Source of the DNA: a bacterium
GTDB taxonomy: Bacteria; Patescibacteriota; Minisyncoccia; Phycocordibacterales; Zambryskibacteraceae
DNA length: 64,000 nt
Direction: 5' to 3'
Assembly: GCA_030649135.1 (NCBI GenBank)
Contig: JAUSGI010000008.1
Span: forward strand, 64,001-128,000
Part shown: positions 57,612-64,000 of the stretch, in pieces
Numbering within the stretch: the stretch's first letter is position 1
Layout of the letters: every line of letters begins with the position of its first letter
Made by a program: the position numbers and the translations under genes
Notes under the pieces: generated by a model
Seen by the model: the letters and a program-made list of their open reading frames with translations, nothing else
Databases searched by the model: none
What the model was told of the DNA's origin: nothing

Positions 57612-57646
57612 CTGGTGTTCTTGAGAACATAAGAATGCTATTTGAC
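57612..57646. promoter_or_regulatory. Operator-like element containing the 12 bp palindrome GTTCTTGAGAAC upstream of arsR. About 80% similar to 57341-57374, which lies inside the arsR 3' end.
   Basis: CTGGTGTTCTTGAGAACATAAGAATGCTATTTGAC versus CTAGTGTTCTCAAGAACTTAAGAATAGATTTGCC. Confidence 0.4.
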
Positions 57647-58681
57647 AGTGTCGGCGAGAGCAAGCTCGAGAGCCAGTTCTGGGATACTGGTGCGGCCGGA
57701 GTCTTCGTAAGCAGTAATGAAGCGCAGGAGAACGTCGGCAGTTAGGTCAGTCCCAGCTTTGTCTCTAAGGGTTTGCAAAAACTTAAAGTCATCTTCACTA
57801 ACTTCTCCGGCAATATATTCGTCCATACCTGCTTTGAGCCGCAGGAGAAAGAGGAAACGCAGGCGCTCGAGAATAAGTTTGGCGAAAAGTTTCATCTCGG
57901 CATTGGCTCCGGCGGCGCTCTGGATTGCTTTCATCCCCTTTTCTAAATCTTTTTCGACAATCGATTCGAGAATCTGGCGCACCAGCTCCGCTTTCGGCGC
58001 ACCAGTTACTTGTTCTATCTCCTCTCTGGTTATCTTCTTACTTTTGGTAGAAGAAAGCACTTTTTCCAAAATCCCATGCGCATCGCGGAAAGAGCCGTCA
58101 CCCAGTAGCGCCACCAGTTCCGCCGCGGCCGGCTCAAGCGCTGCGCCCTCCTTTTTCGCCACCGAGAGTGCGAAATCTTTGAGCGTCGCTTGATTGGGTT
58201 GTTTGAACGAAAAAGTTTGGCAACGAGAAATCACCGTCTCCGGCACTTTCTCAAGTTCGGTGGTAGCTAAGATGAAGACCACATGCGCCGGTGGTTCCTC
58301 AAGAGTCTTTAGAAACGCGTTCCAGGCATCTTTGGTAAGCATGTGCACTTCGTCGATAATGTAGACCTTATATTTGGACTCGAATGGCAAAGTATTGACC
58401 GATTCCCGAATCTCCCGCACGTCGTCGATACCACGGTTGGAAGCGGCGTCCATCTCGACGAGGTCATTGGCCGAGGTGCCAATTTCTCGCGACAAAATTC
58501 TCGCCATGGAAGTCTTGCCGGTACCTCGTGAGCCAGAGAAAAGGTAGGCATGGGAAATATTGCCGAGTTTGATTGCCCCTTCCAAAACTTTGACAATATG
58601 ACCCTGCCCGATAATATCTCCAAAGGTTTGGGGACGATATTTGCGGTAAAGCACTCCCCCGCTCTTCTCTCCTTTTTTCAT
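57638..58681 (-). CDS. dnaX: DNA polymerase III subunit gamma/tau (short form)
   Basis: Walker A GSRGTGKTS. DEVH box (IIDEVHML). SRC sensor (ISRCQTF). 347 aa. Confidence 0.75.
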   Translation of the reverse strand: MKKGEKSGGVLYRKYRPQTFGDIIGQGHIVKVLEGAIKLGNISHAYLFSGSRGTGKTSMARILSREIGTSANDLVEMDAASNRGIDDVREIRESVNTLPFESKYKVYIIDEVHMLTKDAWNAFLKTLEEPPAHVVFILATTELEKVPETVISRCQTFSFKQPNQATLKDFALSVAKKEGAALEPAAAELVALLGDGSFRDAHGILEKVLSSTKSKKITREEIEQVTGAPKAELVRQILESIVEKDLEKGMKAIQSAAGANAEMKLFAKLILERLRFLFLLRLKAGMDEYIAGEVSEDDFKFLQTLRDKAGTDLTADVLLRFITAYEDSGRTSIPELALELALADTVK

Positions 58682-59661
58682 GAACGTAGTATATCAGATA
58701 CTATTTTGTTAACCTCGTTTGCGTTGTTCGTTTCCATAAGTTTGGCGCGTAAATCCCCTGCTTTATCAAAGCCCGTAACGTAGGCCTTAAAATGTTTCTT
58801 CATCACAGAAAAGTTTTTGTACCCACCGAGCAGTTCTTCAAATAACTTTGTGTGCTCAACCAGCACCCGCAGTTTTTCTTCGGTTGCCGGAACATATCCT
58901 TCCACAAATAGCCACGGGTTTCCGAAAATGGCCCGGCCGAGCATGACACCATCACAGCCCGTCTCTTCGACTCTCATCCTTGCTTCTTTCAAATCTTTAA
59001 CATCCCCATTACCCAAAATTAAAGTGTCTTTACCACTTGCATCACGAATCTCGACTGCCAGTTTGACAAACTCCCAACGAGCGGGCACCTTCGACATTTC
59101 TTTCCTGGTACGAGCATGAATGGTAACCATCGCCACTCCCTCTTTAAGCATTTCTGACAGCCAGCTCTCCAGGTCAGGACGACTGTACCCTATACGAGTT
59201 TTGACCGAGACAGGTAGTGTGCTAGCCCCTTCTTTAGCCGCCCTTACAAGCTCCCGAGCCAGCACCACGTTCTTCATAAGTGATGCGCCGGCACCTTGTT
59301 TCTCGATACTTTTGTCCGGACAACCCATATTTATATCGACACCATCAAAGCCAAGCTCCTTTGCGAGCTCGGCGGCTTTTTTCATATGTTCCGGAGAGGA
59401 GGTAAAGAATTGCGCCACGATTGGCCGCTCCGCTTCGCTATATTCCAGATTCTTCAAAAGTTTCTTTTTCCCCTCTTCCGGCGCAAGTGCCAAGCCGTCG
59501 GCAGAAGTAAATTCTGTCCACATCACGGCGGGTTTACCCCGCCCACCTAGGCGGGGCGAGCCGTACTTAGCGATTATTCTGCGAAAAGCGGCATCCGTAA
59601 CATCCGCCATGGGAGCGAGGACGAAAACAGGTTTTTCTATTTTCTGCCAGAAATTATCCAT
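58678..59661 (-). CDS. dus: tRNA-dihydrouridine synthase
   Basis: VFVLAPMADVTDAAFR... TIM-barrel Dus family. Confidence 0.85.
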   Translation of the reverse strand: MDNFWQKIEKPVFVLAPMADVTDAAFRRIIAKYGSPRLGGRGKPAVMWTEFTSADGLALAPEEGKKKLLKNLEYSEAERPIVAQFFTSSPEHMKKAAELAKELGFDGVDINMGCPDKSIEKQGAGASLMKNVVLARELVRAAKEGASTLPVSVKTRIGYSRPDLESWLSEMLKEGVAMVTIHARTRKEMSKVPARWEFVKLAVEIRDASGKDTLILGNGDVKDLKEARMRVEETGCDGVMLGRAIFGNPWLFVEGYVPATEEKLRVLVEHTKLFEELLGGYKNFSVMKKHFKAYVTGFDKAGDLRAKLMETNNANEVNKIVSDILRS

Positions 59662-62002
59662 TCACGTCCTTTTCCGTCAATTCTATTTCCGAGCCTGAAG
59701 TAATTTCACCGGATATCATCTTCTTGGCAATAACCTGTTCAACAGTCTCCTGTATGGCGCGATTAAGCGGCCGGGCACCGAACTTCGGGTCCATACCTTT
59801 TTTGGTTAGAAATGATATCAAAGAGTCGCTGATTTTAAGAGTGATGCCTTGTTTCTTCAGACGTAAGGTGAGGTGGGACAATAAGCGTTTAGACACCTCA
59901 CGTAAAGATGCTTCGTCGAGGGGATGGAATAGTATCACGCCGTCAAAGCGATTCAATAACTCCGGTTTGAAAATTCCCTTGGCGATTATCTCATTAATAA
60001 TCGTTTCGCGCGCCAGGGAAAGGTCCTTACCGGACTTGACGTATTCAAAGATGAGGTCACTCCCAGCGTTGGAGGTGGCGACAATGATGACATTTCTGGC
60101 ACTCACCTTTTCGCCCCGCATGTCCGAAAAGATTCCCTCATCTATAATCTGGAGAAATAAGTCCAGTACTTTCGAATCTGTTTTTTCAAATTCATCAAGC
60201 AAAAGAACGCCATACGGGTTCTCACGAAGCAAAGTAGTAAGCGTCCCCGGCGTCTTGGACTCAAATGAGCCTATCAATCTGTTTAACGAGTCCGGAGCAT
60301 TATATTCGGACATGTCGAGACGAAGTAATTTGGATGCTTGGCCGAAAAAGACTTCCCCCAAAGCTTTAGCCGTTTCCGTTTTACCAACTCCGGTAGGGCC
60401 GATAAACAGAAAAGAGCCGGCGGGTCTTAACGGATTGCCTATGCCGGAGCGGGCGCGTCTGACAGCGTCGCTCACCGCCTTAATCGCATCATCTTGACCC
60501 ACAATCCTCTCCTTGAGAATAATCTCAAGATTCAAGAGCTTGTCTTTCTCTTCCGGTTTGACAAAACCGGTTGGTATGCCGGTTTTAGACTTGACCGCGG
60601 AGAGAATGTCTTCCTTATTCACTATCCCCCTTCCATCTTGGCTCACTTTCGCTGACGATGTCGCTATAAGATCCATGGCGCTGTCAGCAAGCGGTCTGTC
60701 CACAAAATATTGTTTGGATGCGGCCACAGCTTCAGAGAGCGCCGGGTAGGAAATCAAAATATTCATTTGTTTCTCCAAATGGTTGACCTCCGATTCAAGC
60801 ATTTGCACCAACGCGTCTTCATCGACCGGCAAGACATTTACTTTTTCAAAATGTTGTTTAATCTCGCCCAAGGGTTCGAGCAGACGCTGGTATTCCTCGG
60901 TATTGGAGACGCCCACAATCTGCATCTGCGACGAAGAGAGAAAGGGACTTAACAGGGCCAGCACAGAAACTCCGTAACTATTGCCCGCCGACAAAAAAGC
61001 GGCCATATTCGGTATGACGAATATGACATTACCGGCCCTTTCGGACTCTTGCAGCACCTTTATCAGTTCGCGTTCCAATATCTGACCATTACTTGCCGCC
61101 GCGGAAAGAGTGGAGATTTCAAAAACCCATATTTGTTTGTTGCTTAATGCGGCAGACACTTCGTCTTTCTCTATAAGTTTGTGGAGTTCCTCAAGCACTT
61201 CCATCTTCCCTACCCCGTCGTCACCGACAAGCAAAGCATTGGCTTCATGCGACCGGGACAGAGCAATTTCCAGAAGCTTGGCTTCTTCGATATGGTACCC
61301 TTCCTCACCCATTGAGTCGGAGATTATAAGTGGACGGGCATACTTCATCAGAGAAAATGATTTTCCATACGACCAATCCCGGCCTATGGGGTCTATTTTG
61401 AAAAGATTGTCTTTGCCCCACCATCTTTTTGATTTCAAGATATTAAATCTGACTGACGCGGTCCATGTCGCCGCTCCCAGAAATTCTTCCTCCGTAACGT
61501 GATGAGTGAGAATAAAGTTCTTGAATTCGATATCGGAAGTAAGCAATCCTCCTAGATATCCACGAAGGATGGAATGGCCTCTAGTTAACTTGAAAGAGGC
61601 CGATGTTACCTTAGACTTTCTGTTCGATAAAAAGTTCTTCTGGGATTCCTGGTCTATGCCACAACGCCAAAGTATTTCCCTTCCCAACTTGGCCGACATG
61701 AAGCCGTAAGTTAAATCGCCTTCCGGAGAACCGAAAACTATCAAGGCGAGCTCACAGGCAAATCTACCGGTATCTTTGGAACGCTTAAAATAAAGAGAGT
61801 AAAAGAAACAATCAAACAAAGAGAGTATGAGCCATAACGAGAAAAAGGCGAGACCAAGACCTATGGACCATATTGAAGTAATAGCGAATAATAAAATAAG
61901 GACGGTCTTCACAATACCGCGCGCACGTCGCGGTAAGGTTTGCTCAAGCAGATAAACCGGCTTCCAGGGGGTAAGTGTTTTCTTTAATGTTTCATAATGC
62001 AT
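59654..62002 (-). CDS. Clp/Hsp100-family AAA+ ATPase with an N-terminal transmembrane region and a degenerate first nucleotide-binding domain
   Basis: NBD2 intact (GPTGVGKTE, LLLDEFEKT, ATSNAG). NBD1 Walker A reads GDDGVGKM with no DE Walker B. About 2 TM helices at the N-terminus. Confidence 0.8.
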   Translation of the reverse strand: MHYETLKKTLTPWKPVYLLEQTLPRRARGIVKTVLILLFAITSIWSIGLGLAFFSLWLILSLFDCFFYSLYFKRSKDTGRFACELALIVFGSPEGDLTYGFMSAKLGREILWRCGIDQESQKNFLSNRKSKVTSASFKLTRGHSILRGYLGGLLTSDIEFKNFILTHHVTEEEFLGAATWTASVRFNILKSKRWWGKDNLFKIDPIGRDWSYGKSFSLMKYARPLIISDSMGEEGYHIEEAKLLEIALSRSHEANALLVGDDGVGKMEVLEELHKLIEKDEVSAALSNKQIWVFEISTLSAAASNGQILERELIKVLQESERAGNVIFVIPNMAAFLSAGNSYGVSVLALLSPFLSSSQMQIVGVSNTEEYQRLLEPLGEIKQHFEKVNVLPVDEDALVQMLESEVNHLEKQMNILISYPALSEAVAASKQYFVDRPLADSAMDLIATSSAKVSQDGRGIVNKEDILSAVKSKTGIPTGFVKPEEKDKLLNLEIILKERIVGQDDAIKAVSDAVRRARSGIGNPLRPAGSFLFIGPTGVGKTETAKALGEVFFGQASKLLRLDMSEYNAPDSLNRLIGSFESKTPGTLTTLLRENPYGVLLLDEFEKTDSKVLDLFLQIIDEGIFSDMRGEKVSARNVIIVATSNAGSDLIFEYVKSGKDLSLARETIINEIIAKGIFKPELLNRFDGVILFHPLDEASLREVSKRLLSHLTLRLKKQGITLKISDSLISFLTKKGMDPKFGARPLNRAIQETVEQVIAKKMISGEITSGSEIELTEKDVNG

Positions 62003-62008
62003 AAATCC

Positions 62009-62398
62009 TTAGATAAAGAGATTAATTGCGCCGAGAGAAAAAAGAAACAAAATGATAAGCGGCACGAGCGCCCATAAAACAAACGCTACAGGACCGGCGA
62101 TAACCAGCAGAAGCAAAACGAGCAACCCGGCCGTCATCACAAACGTTTTTAAGACAAATCCCACCATGCGCATCAGAGTATTAACCACCAAAGTTTCGAA
62201 AAAAACTTCGGGGTTAAGCCCTTTTTGATACTCTTCATCAAGCCGTCCAAATGGGGCAAACCAAGTTCTAAAGAGAAGTCCCAAGGAGAAAAAGTGACGG
62301 ACGAACAAAATAAGATTTTTCCAATTGTGAAGTAAATCTTTTAAGCCATCGGTATAATGCCACCTGGTGTAGAAAGGTAAGAGATAGAAGAAACCCAT
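62009..62398 (-). CDS. Hypothetical membrane protein (129 aa)
   Basis: 3-4 TM. Lies 7 nt upstream of the Clp-family gene. Confidence 0.4.
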   Translation of the reverse strand: MGFFYLLPFYTRWHYTDGLKDLLHNWKNLILFVRHFFSLGLLFRTWFAPFGRLDEEYQKGLNPEVFFETLVVNTLMRMVGFVLKTFVMTAGLLVLLLLVIAGPVAFVLWALVPLIILFLFSLGAINLFI

Positions 62399-62416
62399 GA
62401 CTTCTTAATTATACTA

Positions 62417-63232
62417 TTAATCTTTGAATTTGTAGAATACTTTATTTTCGGTACGCAAATCGAGGTAGCGTATCCTGTCGAAGAAATCACTTTGGGCTTT
62501 GATGGCGGGGTCGGAGAGAAACGCCTCCAAGTTCGAGCGGATAAGGACGAGATCGTCCTCCCTTCGCCATATAATCTGACCTCCCTCGGACAGCCCGAGC
62601 TTGTAGTCCTCGCTTCCGACTTCCATGGTCAAAGGTTGAATCTTGAGTGCCGCCAAATTTTCTATAAACTTTGAAAGTAATCGAAAATCTTGAATAGGAG
62701 TGAATCTTTTACCCACGGGACTCTCGGCCTGGTTAGGAGCAAGGTAGGCAAAGTAGACTCCATCCGAAAAGGAGGGCGCGGGAGCAAAAATGAATCCCTC
62801 TTCGTCCAGGAAAAAACATTCGGGAGTGCAGTAAAGGGCAAAAGGCATACGCTCGAGAACTGCTACGAGCAACTCCTGTTGTTCCCCTAAATCCAAATTA
62901 ACAGACTTGAACCTAGGAAATTCTCCAAGCAGATTTTCTCTGATGGCACGCCGCGGATAGATGAGAACATTGGCCCGGGGAATAAGCCAAAGATAGTAAC
63001 CTGCAAGCCCGCGTCTGACCGTTTGGATAATTTCTTCTTTATCAACCACATTCTCTCCCAAAATCGTGACATCGGTTATTTGAAAGCGTTCCAGACGAGA
63101 AAGATAGATTAGCCAAGAAAGAATGGACAGGAATCCAATAGAAAGCAGGGTAAGCCGGATAAGTCTCCTCCTTTTCTTCTTCTCATAGAATTCTCGCGAG
63201 TTAAGGACCCTGCCACTCGAAACAATTTTCAT
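62417..63232 (-). CDS. ftsQ: FtsQ/DivIB-like cell division protein (TM plus POTRA-like)
   Basis: N-terminal TM then ITDVTILGENVVDKEEI POTRA-like segment. 271 aa. Confidence 0.55.
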   Translation of the reverse strand: MKIVSSGRVLNSREFYEKKKRRRLIRLTLLSIGFLSILSWLIYLSRLERFQITDVTILGENVVDKEEIIQTVRRGLAGYYLWLIPRANVLIYPRRAIRENLLGEFPRFKSVNLDLGEQQELLVAVLERMPFALYCTPECFFLDEEGFIFAPAPSFSDGVYFAYLAPNQAESPVGKRFTPIQDFRLLSKFIENLAALKIQPLTMEVGSEDYKLGLSEGGQIIWRREDDLVLIRSNLEAFLSDPAIKAQSDFFDRIRYLDLRTENKVFYKFKD

Positions 63233-63262
63233 AAGAGAAGTATAACAAATCCTTTAACAATT

Positions 63263-63844
63263 TTAGAAAAAAGAAATGTGATGAGGCCGATACATCGAGT
63301 ACTCAAGACAGAGAACCTCGTGTGATGGGTCCATGTAGTTGACTATCCAAGACGATAGATTGAGTGGGGTCAGACGCTTCGAATAAATGCGTCCGCACTC
63401 AAACCGTTTGGATAGAATGCTCTGGATCATGGCGGCGGTTGTCGTCTTACCGACACTTCCAGTAACTCCCACTACTAGTGGGTTGAGAATCGAAAGAACG
63501 TACTCCCGCAGTTGATTGATTGCGAGAAACACGTCGTGAACACGGATATATTTCAGGCCGTACATGTCGCCGTCGGAGACTCTGCCATCGACCACGAAGA
63601 CGATATTGCTTCTTTGTCGAAGTTTGGGGATATTTTTGGTACGATCAAACGCGTTGATGTACCAACCCTCTTCTTTCGGATTGTCTTTATAGACTACGAA
63701 GTAGAGTTCGTTTCCCTCTCTAACACCGCCTGTCTCAAACTCCCTGATGTAGGCGACGTTGAGTCTCATGAAAGATGTTCCGTCACTGACGTTGTGAACC
63801 TCTGCTTCCCAGATGGCTCTGATCGTCTCGATACTTATTTGCAC
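63263..63844 (-). CDS. MurF-like Mur ligase N-terminal region, truncated just after the P-loop
   Basis: LVVGVTGSVGKTTTAAMI is the Mur ligase P-loop. The N-terminal domain resembles MurF. The ORF ends about 45 codons later, and ftsQ follows immediately. Confidence 0.5.
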   Translation of the reverse strand: MQISIETIRAIWEAEVHNVSDGTSFMRLNVAYIREFETGGVREGNELYFVVYKDNPKEEGWYINAFDRTKNIPKLRQRSNIVFVVDGRVSDGDMYGLKYIRVHDVFLAINQLREYVLSILNPLVVGVTGSVGKTTTAAMIQSILSKRFECGRIYSKRLTPLNLSSWIVNYMDPSHEVLCLEYSMYRPHHISFF

Positions 63845-63855
63845 TTTGTTCTCCC

Positions 63856-64000
63856 TAGGTCAGGTTGACGATGACTGAAACAAGCTCATCAGTGTGAGTG
63901 TTGGCGATATCGTGTCCGCCGCCCTCGATGACGTGGAGTTTGTGGTGGCTCTTGCGCGAAGCAAGAAAATCCTTTACCGACTCAAGCGGAGTAGCAGAAT
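63856..64000 (-). CDS. 3' end of an unidentified gene (partial, runs off the window)
   Basis: The minus-strand frame encodes ...HVIEGGGHDIANTHTDELVSVIVNLT* with its stop at 63856-63858. Confidence 0.2.

Overview
This 64 kb window looks like a small, gene-dense bacterial genome of the Patescibacteria/CPR type, read with the standard genetic code. TGA is used as a stop codon in ATGA gene overlaps (for example at 3196-3199), and RF1 plus PrmC are present. Short intergenic regions, tiny tRNA loci and many membrane-anchored hypothetical proteins support the assignment.

The core genome carries these housekeeping blocks:
- nrdJ (class II ribonucleotide reductase) with a PduO-type cobalamin adenosyltransferase
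- a dcw fragment on the minus strand (mraZ-rsmH-ftsL-ftsI)
- gyrB, dcd and pheS
- tsf-rpsB, and prmC / prfA-rpmE
- rplY
- a central-carbon cluster (fba, a pfkB-family kinase, a split transketolase, rpe, rpiB, gap)
- groES-groEL, secG and RNase J
- pyrG
- ftsEX
- dnaX-dus, a Clp-family ATPase and ftsQ

There are five tRNAs: Glu-CTC, Thr-TGT, Ser-GGA, Gln-CTG and Gln-TTG.

The main finding is a mosaic of short compositionally foreign islands in this AT-leaning backbone. Each island carries small genes of unknown function and often its own consensus TTGACA promoter and GC-hairpin terminator. The GC-rich islands lie near 8.2-8.5 kb, 12.1-13.3 kb, 16.6-17.2 kb, 19.3-19.8 kb and, most strikingly, 42.06-44.0 kb. 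There are also AT-rich cassettes at 2.75-3.5 kb and 8.6-9.6 kb.

The 42-44 kb island holds four such gene cassettes in tandem on the minus strand. In the one junction that lacks a terminator it contains a sequence matching the hammerhead ribozyme core (CUGAUGA-GUCC GAAA GGGC-GAAAC, with helices I and III).

Several structural oddities suggest past insertion or recombination:
- A 51 bp duplicate of the gyrB 3' end brackets a roughly 1 kb AT-rich insert.
- 23 bp direct repeats bracket a two-gene cassette beside tRNA-Glu.
- Two halves of a tRNA-Gln(TTG)-like gene flank an intact tRNA-Gln(CTG). The intact TTG copy sits 11 kb away, abutting a patatin gene.
- There are truncated gene remnants: a carbamoyltransferase C-terminus, a MurF N-terminus and an HD-domain N-terminus.

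All calls are from reading the sequence and ORF translations by eye. No database searches or structure folding were run.
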